Assembly (NCBI GenBank): GCA_964416795.1
Contig: CAYQFD010000001.1
Span: forward strand, 12,845-38,581
Length of the DNA: 25,737 nt
Direction: 5' to 3'
Origin: an uncultured Ruminococcus sp.
GTDB lineage: Bacteria; Bacillota; Clostridia; Oscillospirales; Acutalibacteraceae
Made by a program: the position numbers and the translations under genes. The notes under the pieces are model-generated. The model did not search any database. It worked only from the letters and a program-made list of their open reading frames with translations, and was not told where the DNA came from. Positions within the stretch are counted from its first letter, which is position 1. Every line of letters starts with the position of its first letter. Below are positions 1 to 9,331 of this stretch, piece after piece.

Positions 1-2390
1 AATTTTTTGGGAACATAAAGCTCTTTTATAATATTTTTACCTGAAATTTCATTTGCTACCGCCGCTTCCTGCTTTGCAAGTGCAATAGCATCGGGTGCAG
101 AAATATCAGCAGGCACATTAAGACGCGCTCTGATTTTGCCGTTAATCTGAACTACGATTTCAACAGTAGCATCAATGCATTTTGCCTCATCAAAAGCAGG
201 CCATTCAGCACCGTTAAGCATACCCTCAAAGCCTGCTAATTCCCACAATTCCTCAGTGATATGGGGTGCAAAAGGGTTAAGAAGAATAATAAAAGTTCTA
301 AACTCGTCCCTCGTAATTTTACCAGTGCTTTGAATAGAATTATAAAGTGACATAAGTGCCGCAATAGCGGTATTCATTTTAAGTCCTTCAATATCCTCGG
401 TTACCTTCTTAATTGTTCTGTGGAATTCGGCTTCCAATTCCTTACGGTATCCGTCACCCTCGCCTAAAATATCAAGAAGTCCCCATACTTTATCAAGGAA
501 ACGTTTACTTCCCTTAATCGAAGACTGACTCCAAGGAGCTGCTTTTTCAAAGTCACCGATAAACATTTCATAAACACGCATTGTATCTGCGCCGTAGTTC
601 TCGATAATCTCATCAGGGTTAACAACGTTACCGCGAGATTTCGACATCTTTTCGCCGTTTTCACCCAGAATCATACCGTGGCTTGTTCTCTTTGCATAGG
701 GCTCTGAGGTAGGCACCACACCGATATCATAAAGGAATTTATGCCAGAAACGGCTGTATAAGAGGTGAAGGGTTGTATGCTCCATACCACCGTTGTACCA
801 ATCAATCGGGCTCCAGTACTCAAGCGCTTCCTTAGATGCTAATTCCTTGTCGTTATGTGGGTCACAATATCTTAGGAAATACCAAGAAGAGCCTGCCCAC
901 TGTGGCATAGTATCTGTTTCACGCTTTGCAGGTCCGTGACAGCAAGGACAGGTGGTATTAACCCAATCCTCAATCTTAGCAAGCGGTGATTCGCCGTTAT
1001 CTGTAGGCTCATAAGAATCTACATTCGGAAGCATTAAGGGTAATTCGCTTTCAGGAATCGGCACATAACCGCACTTCTCGCAATAAACCATTGGAATAGG
1101 CTCGCCCCAGTATCTTTGACGTGAGAATACCCAATCGCGAAGCTTATAGTTAGTCTTAACCGAGCCTAATTTCTTCTCAGTTAGCCATTCCTGAATTTTT
1201 TTCTTTGCGTCCTCAACAGACAGACCGTTAAGGAAATCAGAATTTACAAGCACACCGTCATTACAATCGGTATAGGCGGCTTTCTGAACATCCTCCCCGC
1301 CCCTTACAACCTCGATAATAGGCAGACCGAACTTTTTAGCAAAATCCCAGTCACGTGTATCATGAGCAGGAACTGCCATAATAGCGCCTGTGCCGTAGGA
1401 AATAAGTACATAGTCCGAAATAAAAATCGGGATTTCGGTATTATTTACAGGATTAATTGCAGTAACTCCCGCAAGCCTTACACCTGTTTTATCCTTAGCG
1501 AGCTCTGTTCTTTCAAAGTCTGATTTCTTAGCGGCTTCTGCCTTATATGCCAAAACCTCATCATAGTTTTTAATTTTGTCAGCCCATTTCTCGAGTAACG
1601 GATGCTCGGGTGACATAACCATATAAGTAGCACCGAAAAGTGTATCAGCGCGGGTAGTGAAAATATCAAAGGTATCGCCGAGATTAGTTGAGAATGTGAC
1701 CTGTGTACCGTATGACCTACCAATCCAGTTTCTCTGTTGGGTTTTTACTCTGTCAATAAAGTCAACCTCATTAAGTCCCTCGAGAAGCTTTTCTGCATAC
1801 TCTGTAATTTTGAGCATCCACTGGCTCTTTTCTTTCTGTACAACCTCGCTGCCGCAACGCTCACAAACGCCGTTTACAACCTCTTCGTTAGCAAGAACGC
1901 ATTTACAAGAGGTACACCAGTTAACAGCCATCTTACTTTTGTAAGCAAGACCTTTTTTGTAAAGCTGTAAGAAAATCCACTGAGTCCATTTATAGTAAGA
2001 GGGGTCTGTGGTATTTACCTCCCTGTTCCAGTCAAATGAAAAGCCTAAGGACTTTAACTGTCTTTTAAAGTTAGCAATATTATTTTCAGTAACAACAGCA
2101 GGATGAATATGGTTCTTTATAGCAAAGTTTTCTGTAGGAAGACCGAAAGCATCCCATCCCATCGGATAAAGAACATTATAGCCCTGCAAACGCTTTTTAC
2201 GGCAAACGATATCAATAGCAGTATAGCTTCTGGGATGGCCTACGTGAAGTCCCTGTCCTGATGGGTACGGAAATTCAACAAGACCGTAAAACTTTGGAAG
2301 TGAATAATCGTTTTTAGCCGCAAAGGTATCATTATCATCCCAAATTTTCTGCCACTTTTTTTCAATTGCACTGTAATCGTAATTTATCAT
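1..2390 (-). CDS. leuS: Leucyl-tRNA synthetase (3' end runs just off the window)
   Basis: Missing from the ORF track because it has no stop in the window. Manual translation from ATG 2390: [17 protein letters not shown]...[20 protein letters not shown] (HIGH-type), editing domain [10 protein letters not shown] / [43 protein letters not shown] (KMSKS), ending LYVPKK at the window edge. Confidence 0.98.
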   Translation of the reverse strand, partial: MINYDYSAIEKKWQKIWDDNDTFAAKNDYSLPKFYGLVEFPYPSGQGLHVGHPRSYTAIDIVCRKKRLQGYNVLYPMGWDAFGLPTENFAIKNHIHPAVVTENNIANFKRQLKSLGFSFDWNREVNTTDPSYYKWTQWIFLQLYKKGLAYKSKMAVNWCTSCKCVLANEEVVNGVCERCGSEVVQKEKSQWMLKITEYAEKLLEGLNEVDFIDRVKTQQRNWIGRSYGTQVTFSTNLGDTFDIFTTRADTLFGATYMVMSPEHPLLEKWADKIKNYDEVLAYKAEAAKKSDFERTELAKDKTGVRLAGVTAINPVNNTEIPIFISDYVLISYGTGAIMAVPAHDTRDWDFAKKFGLPIIEVVRGGEDVQKAAYTDCNDGVLVNSDFLNGLSVEDAKKKIQEWLTEKKLGSVKTNYKLRDWVFSRQRYWGEPIPMVYCEKCGYVPIPESELPLMLPNVDSYEPTDNGESPLAKIEDWVNTTCPCCHGPAKRETDTMPQWAGSSWYFLRYCDPHNDKELASKEALEYWSPIDWYNGGMEHTTLHLLYSRFWHKFLYDIGVVPTSEPYAKRTSHGMILGENGEKMSKSRGNVVNPDEIIENYGADTMRVYEMFIGDFEKAAPWSQSSIKGSKRFLDKVWGLLDILGEGDGYRKELEAEFHRTIKKVTEDIEGLKMNTAIAALMSLYNSIQSTGKITRDEFRTFIILLNPFAPHITEELWELAGFEGMLNGAEWPAFDEAKCIDATVEIVVQINGKIRARLNVPADISAPDAIALAKQEAAVANEISGKNIIKELYVPKK

Positions 2391-2392
2391 TT

Positions 2393-2758
2393 TTAGTCCT
2401 CCTGAACATTGGTAAGAATTTCTTCCATATTTAAGGGCTCGCCATCGCTCCACATTTTATCAAGACCGTAGAACTCGCGTTGGTCGCGCATAAAGATGTG
2501 GATAATCACAGAGCCGTAGTCAAGCGCTATCCAACCTGTTGTTTTGCCTTCGATATGATGGGGGCGGACTCCCGCTTCTTCTAACTTTTCTTCAACCTCA
2601 TCACATAGTGCTCTTACTTGTGTTGAAGAAGTTGCAGTACAAATTAAAAAATACTCACAAAGAACGGTTAAATCAGCAATTTTAATAGCCGTTATTTCCT
2701 TTGCTTTCTTCTCATTTAGTGCGTTTGCCGCAATTTTTATTATTTCTAAACCTTCCAA
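2393..2758 (-). CDS. rsfS: Ribosome silencing factor RsfS (Iojap)
   Basis: [22 protein letters not shown] and [25 protein letters not shown] motifs. Start moved to TTG 2758, which has GGAGG at 2767-2771 upstream; the ORF-track start at 2794 overlaps yqeK. Confidence 0.95.
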   Translation of the reverse strand: MEGLEIIKIAANALNEKKAKEITAIKIADLTVLCEYFLICTATSSTQVRALCDEVEEKLEEAGVRPHHIEGKTTGWIALDYGSVIIHIFMRDQREFYGLDKMWSDGEPLNMEEILTNVQED

Positions 2759-2762
2759 CTGT

Positions 2763-3335
2763 TTACCCTCCCAAAACTGCCTCATTATAGGCATTTATAG
2801 TATCAATATGCACCGCTTTTTCGCGGTCAACCAAATCATTAATTGAAAACTGCAAAGCGTAAATAAAAGCGCTTTTGAGTGAAATATCAACCTTTTGTCT
2901 TATTACGTCAACATCCTCGTAATCGCGGTCAGCAGAAGTAAAATCAGCAAGATATAAAATCTTTGCCGTAAGTGACATATCTGCCTTTGCTGTTGTATGA
3001 TAGCGTACCGCATCAATTATTTCTTCATCATCAATTTGCAAAACGTATCTAATATATGCCGCACCTGACATAGCGTGCCATAATTTTTTGGCATTCTTTT
3101 CAGTACAACTTAGAATTATACCAAAGGTTTCAAAGATTTGCAAGTGTTCTTCATCGTTTGCATTTTTTGTTATATCGTGAATAAGTCCAGCAAGATAGCA
3201 TTTTTCACTGTCGCCACCATATTTTTCGGCTAATCTTTTAGCTTCGTCAGCAACACAAAGTGAGTGATAGTATCGCTTATCATTAAGCTTCTCTTTTAAA
3301 AGCTTTTTAATAGCTTCGTAATCAGTTGTTATCAA
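2763..3335 (-). CDS. yqeK: HD-domain Ap4A hydrolase YqeK
   Basis: RYYHS, LIHDITK, LWHA, RYHTT and LYLADF motifs; canonical nadD-yqeK-rsfS order; TTG start. Confidence 0.93.
   Translation of the reverse strand: MITTDYEAIKKLLKEKLNDKRYYHSLCVADEAKRLAEKYGGDSEKCYLAGLIHDITKNANDEEHLQIFETFGIILSCTEKNAKKLWHAMSGAAYIRYVLQIDDEEIIDAVRYHTTAKADMSLTAKILYLADFTSADRDYEDVDVIRQKVDISLKSAFIYALQFSINDLVDREKAVHIDTINAYNEAVLGG
3115..3143 (-). promoter_or_regulatory. Candidate internal sigmaA promoter within yqeK
   Basis: Minus strand TTGCAA-N17-TATAAT with extended -10 (TGG-TATAAT); oriented toward rsfS-leuS. Confidence 0.45.
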
Positions 3336-3921
3336 TATAAATTCTCTTTTCTTTTAAAAATTCAAAAATATTTCTCGGTAAAAGTTCTTTGGCACTACTG
3401 TAATCACTTCTTATTTCACTTGAAGAAACAGTAGGTATTACCTCAGGCAATACAGTAATATCCATACCCATTTGAGAGAATCTTTCAACACACAAGTCAA
3501 ATTCTGCTTTATCGGTATCAGTTCTCCGGAAAACTGTAAAAGATACCTCTTTCATTAGTTCCTCATACTTATACCATTTGTCAAAAAACACAAGCATATC
3601 CCCGCCGCAAACAAACGTAAAAGTAACATTCGGGTATTTTTCCTTTAGCAGCCTTACAGTATCATAGCTGTAGCTCTTACCCTCGCGTTCAAATTCGATA
3701 AGGCAAACCTCTGCCTTAGAAAAATCATTTGCCGCTATCTTACACATTTTTATACGGATACTGTCATCCGCTAAAAAATCACAAACCTTGTGCGGCGGAA
3801 TTCTGTCAGGCAGAACGAGTATTTTGTCAATATCGGGGTTATTATTAAGAGCTTTCAGCATTTCATAATGCCCGATATGAAACGGATTAAAGGTTCCGCC
3901 GAAAATAGCCGTCAAAGGCAT
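3322..3921 (-). CDS. nadD: Nicotinate-nucleotide adenylyltransferase
   Basis: FGGTFNPFHIGH, PPHK, SYSYDT, GGDML..FDKW and VSSSEIR motifs. Confidence 0.96.
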   Translation of the reverse strand: MPLTAIFGGTFNPFHIGHYEMLKALNNNPDIDKILVLPDRIPPHKVCDFLADDSIRIKMCKIAANDFSKAEVCLIEFEREGKSYSYDTVRLLKEKYPNVTFTFVCGGDMLVFFDKWYKYEELMKEVSFTVFRRTDTDKAEFDLCVERFSQMGMDITVLPEVIPTVSSSEIRSDYSSAKELLPRNIFEFLKEKRIYIDNN

Positions 3922-4214
3922 TATTTCACCAACTTAATTGTTTTATTATTTTTGCTTTCCCTGTAAAGAATAAAACGTGAGCCTATAACCTGAACAACAT
4001 CACTATTTGTTTTATTTGCAAGTGTGTCAGCAGTTTCTCTCACAGTAGTAGGACAGGTTTCTAATATGCGAAGTTTTATGAGCTCTCTTGCTTCCAAAGC
4101 ATCGTTTACCTGTTTTACTGTATTTTCATTAATTCCCATTTTGCCTATTTGCAAAATAGTTTCCATATCGTTTGCCATTGATCTTAATTGAGCACGCTGT
4201 CTGCTGTTTAGCAT
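3921..4214 (-). CDS. yhbY: CRM-domain RNA-binding protein YhbY
   Basis: LNSRQRAQLRSMA, QIGKMGI, ALEARELIK and VQVIG..FILYR; 97 aa; TAATG overlap with nadD. Confidence 0.95.
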   Translation of the reverse strand: MLNSRQRAQLRSMANDMETILQIGKMGINENTVKQVNDALEARELIKLRILETCPTTVRETADTLANKTNSDVVQVIGSRFILYRESKNNKTIKLVK

Positions 4215-4224
4215 AATTTATCTC

Positions 4225-4812
4225 CTAAATATATTTCTTAAGTTCTTCTTTGAATAGCTTCAATGCTTTACCTCGGTGGCTGATACTGTCCTTTTCCTCT
4301 GCCGATAAATGACCGAAGCAACCCTTTTCGCTAATAAAAAGCGGGTCGTAACCAAAGCCGCAATTTCCGGATTCCTCAAAAGCGATATGACCGTAACATT
4401 CACCGCGAACAGTAAACTGTCTACCGTCAGGAAAAACACAGGCAATAGCTGCTACATAATAAGCAGTACGTTTTTCCATAGGTACGCCCTCAAGCTCGGC
4501 TAAAATCTTTTTATTATTAAGGTCATCATTTCCGTGACCGCCCGAATAACGAGCGGAATATATACCGGGGGCTCCGCCTAAATAATCGACACAAATTCCC
4601 GAATCGTCAGCAACGCTTATATAACCGGTTTCCTTAAGACCTGCTTTTGCTTTAAGCAAAGCATTTTCTTCAAAGGTTGTACCATTTTCTTCAATATCCT
4701 CCAAAGGCTTACCAAGGTCGCGTTCACATACAACCTCAAAGCCCATAGGCTCTAAAATACGGCTAAGCTCAACTAATTTTTTCTGATTTTTAGTTGCTAT
4801 AAATATTTTCAT
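4225..4812 (-). CDS. rdgB: Non-canonical purine NTP pyrophosphatase (dITP/XTP), RdgB/HAM1 family
   Basis: ATKN..K..E, EENGTTFEENALLKA, ADDSG, GAPGIYSARY, FGYDPLF and SHRGKAL motifs. Confidence 0.96.
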   Translation of the reverse strand: MKIFIATKNQKKLVELSRILEPMGFEVVCERDLGKPLEDIEENGTTFEENALLKAKAGLKETGYISVADDSGICVDYLGGAPGIYSARYSGGHGNDDLNNKKILAELEGVPMEKRTAYYVAAIACVFPDGRQFTVRGECYGHIAFEESGNCGFGYDPLFISEKGCFGHLSAEEKDSISHRGKALKLFKEELKKYI

Positions 4813-5726
4813 ATTTCTTCTTCCTCAAAAATTCCGTCAACAAATTCCTTAGCGCTAAAAGGCATTAAATCGTCAATACCCTCACCCACACCGACATATT
4901 TCACAGGGATATTCAGTTCATTTCTTATCGGTATTATTATACCGCCTTTTGCTGTACCGTCAAGCTTTGTAAGCACGATTCCCGTAATATCTGCAACATT
5001 TTTGAATTCCTTTGCCTGATTAACGGCATTTTGTCCCGTTGCGGCATCAAGCACAAGCAAGGTTTCAAGCGAGGAGTCGGGTAACTCACGTGCTATTACA
5101 CGGTTAATTTTTGCAAGCTCATCCATAAGATTTTTCTTGTTGTGAAGTCTGCCTGCGGTATCACAGATTATTACATCTGCACCCTTAGCCTTTGCAGAAG
5201 CAATTGTATCAAATACAACAGATGCAGGGTCTGTGCCCTCAACACTTTTAACCATTGTAACGCCTGCTCTTTCTGCCCAGATACCCAACTGGTCAATAGC
5301 GGCGGCACGGAAGGTATCTGCCGCACCTAAAACCACAGATTTGCCCTGTTTTTTAAGTCCTGCGGCAATTTTACCGATAGAGGTAGTTTTACCGACACCG
5401 TTTACACCGATAACAAGTATTACAGAGGGTTTAGTGTCGAGCTTTAAACCTACGTCTTCCCCCAACATTTCGGCAATGATTTCTTTCATCATTCCTTTTA
5501 TAACACCCGTATCTGTAGCGCCTGTTTCCTTGATTTTTTTGCGTAGCATATCGCAAATTTCGGTGGCGGTATTCACACCGATATCAGACATAATGAGGGT
5601 TTCTTCAAGTTCTTCGAAAAATTCTTCATCGATTTTAGTAAAAGAATTTACAATACTGTTTACACTGTCAACTATCGAAGAACGCGTTTTTTTAAGTCCC
5701 TCTTTAATCTTACTAAAAAATCCCAT
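4809..5726 (-). CDS. ftsY: SRP receptor FtsY (short NG-only form)
   Basis: GVNGVGKTT, DTFRAAA, DTAGR and TKLDGTAKGG GTPase motifs. ATG 5726 preferred (AGGTGA at 5731-5736); TTG 5729 is an alternative. ATGA overlap with rdgB. Confidence 0.97.
   Translation of the reverse strand: MGFFSKIKEGLKKTRSSIVDSVNSIVNSFTKIDEEFFEELEETLIMSDIGVNTATEICDMLRKKIKETGATDTGVIKGMMKEIIAEMLGEDVGLKLDTKPSVILVIGVNGVGKTTSIGKIAAGLKKQGKSVVLGAADTFRAAAIDQLGIWAERAGVTMVKSVEGTDPASVVFDTIASAKAKGADVIICDTAGRLHNKKNLMDELAKINRVIARELPDSSLETLLVLDAATGQNAVNQAKEFKNVADITGIVLTKLDGTAKGGIIIPIRNELNIPVKYVGVGEGIDDLMPFSAKEFVDGIFEEEEI
4936..4963 (-). promoter_or_regulatory. Candidate internal sigmaA promoter within ftsY
   Basis: Minus strand TTGACG-N16-TATAAT (11/12 consensus), with -10 about 125 nt upstream of the rdgB start. 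Confidence 0.45.
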
Positions 5727-5746
5727 CAAATCACCTAATATAAAAT

Positions 5747-8700
5747 TTACGAAGCACTTTCGTTTTCTAATAGCTTCTTTTCAAGCTCCTGAACATTGAG
5801 TTCGAGCAATTTAGTAATACCTTTTTCCTGCATTGTAACGCCGTAAAGCATATCTGCCGCTTCCATAGTACCGCGTCTGTGTGTGACACAGATAAATTGG
5901 GTTCCAAAATCGGAAGATTTCATATAATCTGCAAAACGGTCAACATTGATATCGTCAAGCGCGGTATCAACCTCATCCAAGAAACAGAAGGGCGGCGCGT
6001 TAACACGCATAATTGCAAAGTAAATTGCAAGGGCAACAAGTGCCTTTTCACCACCCGAAAGACCTTCAAGACTAGGCACATTTTTACCTGGGAGCTTTGC
6101 GTTTATATCAATTCCGCTTTCAAGAATGTTATCAGGGTCTGAAAGTGAGAGCGATGCCTGTCCCCCACCGAAAAGCTCGGTGAAGGTCTTTGAGAAATTG
6201 GCGTTGATTTTCGCAAAACCGTCAGTGAAAATTTCTTTCATCTGACTTGTTAACTGATTAATAAGCTTATGAAGCTCTTTTCTTGAATTTTCGACATCCT
6301 CAATCTGTGCAGAGAGGAAATCATAACGCTCCTTAACCTCTTTATATTCTTCAATAGCGGCTACGTTAACATTGCCTAGATTACGGATTTTGCCTTTAAT
6401 TTCTGCAAGTGTTTTGCGTGCCTCTGTGGGATGCTCAGGCTCTTCGGCTACCTTTTCAGCTTCACTTCGAGTTAAGGAATACTCGTCATAAAGTTTGCGG
6501 ATAACCTCGTCATACTCTTTAAGCATAACCTCTTTACGCTCGGTAAGACGCGCAAGCTCGCCACCGATTTGCTCTCGGCGAAGTGTTTTTTCTCTTTCGC
6601 TGTTCCTAAGCTCAACTCCCGCTTTTTCGGTTTCGTTGCGTTTTTCGAGCATTTCGTTAATATTATTCTCGCTTCTGAGGATATTTTCCTTAAGCGTTTC
6701 AATATTTGCCTTAATATCCCCAATACTAAGCTCTAACGCGGTGTTTTTCTCATTAATATCAGCAATTTCTTTTTCAATCTCAACACTTCTGTTTTCGCGT
6801 GAAAGAATTAAATTATTAAGGCTTTGAGCACCTTCATTTAATTGCTCAATATCTTTATCAGCCTCAATTATTGAAAGCTTAACGCTTGTAATCTGCTCGG
6901 TTAAAGCCTCACGCTTAGTATTAAGCGAATCTCTACCGCCTGTCATACCGTCGATTTCGGTCTGAAGCTCTGTCTTTTTAAGGTCAAGCTCAGCAATTTT
7001 AACTGCTGCCGAATTAGACTGAAGCTTTAATTCTTCAAGCTTTTTATTACCGTTATTTTCTTCATTTTCAAGCTGCGAAAGTGAATTTTTAAGATTTACA
7101 CGTAAATCTTCAATACGCTTAAGCTCCGAAGTCGCACGTATTTTATCCTCATTAACGGTTTTAAGCTCAGCGTTAAGCGCTGTGATATCTGCCTCAACCT
7201 CGGCAACTGCGCTGTTGGCAATAGCAAGCTTTTCGGAAAGCTCTTTTTCTTTTGTGGCTGCCTTTACAATATCAGCTTCCATTTTTTCAATATCAGAGGA
7301 ACGGCTTAATAGTCCTGCGTTTTTAACCAACGAGCCGCCCGTAAGCGAACCGCCGGGATTAATTACCTGACCGTCAAGAGTTACGATTTTTATGCGGTAA
7401 TTGTATTTTTTTGCAATAGTAGTAGCGCAGTCAATATCCTCTGCAACCAAAGTACCGCCTAAAAGGTATTTTATAATTTCCTTATACTTATCGTCGGTTT
7501 CTACAAGGTCGCTTGCAATACCGACAAAACCGAAAATTTTATCAAAGCCCTGCTCCTTAAAATCACGTGCTTTTATAGTGTTAACGGGCAAGAATGTGGC
7601 ACGTCCTAATTTATTTGTTTTAAGGAAATTAATTGCCCTTTTTGCGTCTGCTTCGGTTTCGGTAATAATATTCTGAATTGATGCCGCTAATGCGGTTTCA
7701 ATAGCAATACTGTATTCCTTGTCAACCTTAATAAGCTTTGAAACAGGACCGCAAATTCCCTTGATAACGCCCTTCTCAGCCTGAGCAACAATCTTCTTTA
7801 CAGCGTGAGGAAAGCCTTCCATATTATTTTCAAGGTCCTTTAAAATCTGAACTTGGCGACGCTTTGCCTCTATATCAAGGTTAAGGGTTTCAAGCTCGGT
7901 TTTTATAGACTCCGCAGTTTGTTGCTTGGATGCAAGCCTCAGCTCATAACCCTTTAAGCTGTTAGTATTGCTGTTTACCGTTTCTTCAAGCTTTAAAATC
8001 AAATTATTAGTTTCATTAAACTCACTGTCTAAAGTAGATAATTCAGCGCATACTTTTTCCTTTTGTTCAAAAATAGAGCCACTTCTCGACTCTATTTCGC
8101 TAATAGCAGTATCTGCTGTAACCATCTTAACACGCATATCGGCACTCTCAGACGATAAGGAATTGAGTGCTCTAATCTGTGTTTCAATTTTTCTTGAAAT
8201 ACTGTCACTGTCAGAAAGTAATTCCGAAAGCATATTTTCAAGCTCACGAAGCTTATTTTCAAGCTCCAGCTTTGAAATACCTTTTTCGTGAGCTAATGCT
8301 TTTTTAGCCTCAATTTCAGCCAAAGCATCTGCATCGGATTTTGAAAGATTTGTCATTTCTTCGTTTAATCTTTCAATATTTTCATTATTATGAGTGATGT
8401 TATTTTCTAAAACTGTAATTTCGCCCTCGCGCTTAACAATTTCCTCATTGGTAGAAGAAATATTTAGTCTTTCACCCTCAATATCCGAGGTAAGACGCGC
8501 AAAATATGAGGTGTTCTGCTCAGTTTTACGGTCAAATTCCTCTAAAGATTGCTCAATTTCCCTGTAGGACAGCTGAGCCGCCGCAATTTTGCTTTCCTGA
8601 TTACGAAGCGCCTCTTTAGAATTATTTAGTGTATAAAGCCAAAGACCGATTTCAAGACTCTTTTTCTGTTCTGCCAATTCCAAGAATTTTTCAGCCTTGC

Positions 8701-9328
8701 GGCTCTGCTCGGCAAGAGGGCCCACGCGTGACTTCAATTCGTCTAAAATATCGTGTAGTCGCAGTAAATTTTCCTCTGCCGCATTGAGCTTTCTTTCAGC
8801 CTCAAGCTTGCGGTAGCGATATTTTGATATACCCGAAGCCTCTTCAAAGATATCACGGCGTTCACCCGATTTCGAACTGATAATTGTATCAATTTTACCC
8901 TGACCAATCATCGAATAACCGTCACGTCCAAGACCTGTATCCATAAACAGCTCGTGTATATCCTTAAGTCTTACTGAAACGCCGTTTATGGCATATTCAC
9001 TCTCGTGCGAACGGTAAAATCTTCTGGTAATTGCCACAAAATCATTATCAAAATTAAGACTTCTGTCAGTATTGTTAATATTAAGGGTTACCTCGCAAAA
9101 ACCGTGGGGACGTCTGTTCTCGGTGCCGCCGAAAATAACGTCTTCCATAGACTGTCCGCGAAGACTTTTGGTTGACTGCTCACCCAAAACCCAACGCACC
9201 GCATCCGAAATATTACTCTTTCCGCTACCGTTAGGTCCTACAACGGCAGTAATACCCTTACCGAATTTAAGCACTGTTTTATCAGCGAAAGATTTAAAGC
9301 CCTGTATTTCGATTGAACTTAACAGCAT
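5747..9328 (-). CDS. smc: Chromosome segregation protein SMC
   Basis: 1193 aa; GFKSF, Walker A GPNGSGKSN, coiled coils, hinge GRATFLP / GSLTGG, signature LSGGEK, Walker B FLDEVD. Confidence 0.98.
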   Translation of the reverse strand: MLLSSIEIQGFKSFADKTVLKFGKGITAVVGPNGSGKSNISDAVRWVLGEQSTKSLRGQSMEDVIFGGTENRRPHGFCEVTLNINNTDRSLNFDNDFVAITRRFYRSHESEYAINGVSVRLKDIHELFMDTGLGRDGYSMIGQGKIDTIISSKSGERRDIFEEASGISKYRYRKLEAERKLNAAEENLLRLHDILDELKSRVGPLAEQSRKAEKFLELAEQKKSLEIGLWLYTLNNSKEALRNQESKIAAAQLSYREIEQSLEEFDRKTEQNTSYFARLTSDIEGERLNISSTNEEIVKREGEITVLENNITHNNENIERLNEEMTNLSKSDADALAEIEAKKALAHEKGISKLELENKLRELENMLSELLSDSDSISRKIETQIRALNSLSSESADMRVKMVTADTAISEIESRSGSIFEQKEKVCAELSTLDSEFNETNNLILKLEETVNSNTNSLKGYELRLASKQQTAESIKTELETLNLDIEAKRRQVQILKDLENNMEGFPHAVKKIVAQAEKGVIKGICGPVSKLIKVDKEYSIAIETALAASIQNIITETEADAKRAINFLKTNKLGRATFLPVNTIKARDFKEQGFDKIFGFVGIASDLVETDDKYKEIIKYLLGGTLVAEDIDCATTIAKKYNYRIKIVTLDGQVINPGGSLTGGSLVKNAGLLSRSSDIEKMEADIVKAATKEKELSEKLAIANSAVAEVEADITALNAELKTVNEDKIRATSELKRIEDLRVNLKNSLSQLENEENNGNKKLEELKLQSNSAAVKIAELDLKKTELQTEIDGMTGGRDSLNTKREALTEQITSVKLSIIEADKDIEQLNEGAQSLNNLILSRENRSVEIEKEIADINEKNTALELSIGDIKANIETLKENILRSENNINEMLEKRNETEKAGVELRNSEREKTLRREQIGGELARLTERKEVMLKEYDEVIRKLYDEYSLTRSEAEKVAEEPEHPTEARKTLAEIKGKIRNLGNVNVAAIEEYKEVKERYDFLSAQIEDVENSRKELHKLINQLTSQMKEIFTDGFAKINANFSKTFTELFGGGQASLSLSDPDNILESGIDINAKLPGKNVPSLEGLSGGEKALVALAIYFAIMRVNAPPFCFLDEVDTALDDINVDRFADYMKSSDFGTQFICVTHRRGTMEAADMLYGVTMQEKGITKLLELNVQELEKKLLENESAS

Positions 9329-9331
9329 TTT

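Noticed and set aside
464..1970. Short ORFs in 464-1970 suggesting a gene-poor or fragmented region
   Set aside because: The region is covered by the leuS reading frame, which the track missed because its stop lies outside the window.
6400..8800. Recurrent AAGCTC/AAGCTT words in smc resembling a repeat array
   Set aside because: They come from GAG/AAG-CTT (Glu/Lys-Leu) codon pairs in coiled coils; spacing is irregular and there is no repeat-spacer structure.
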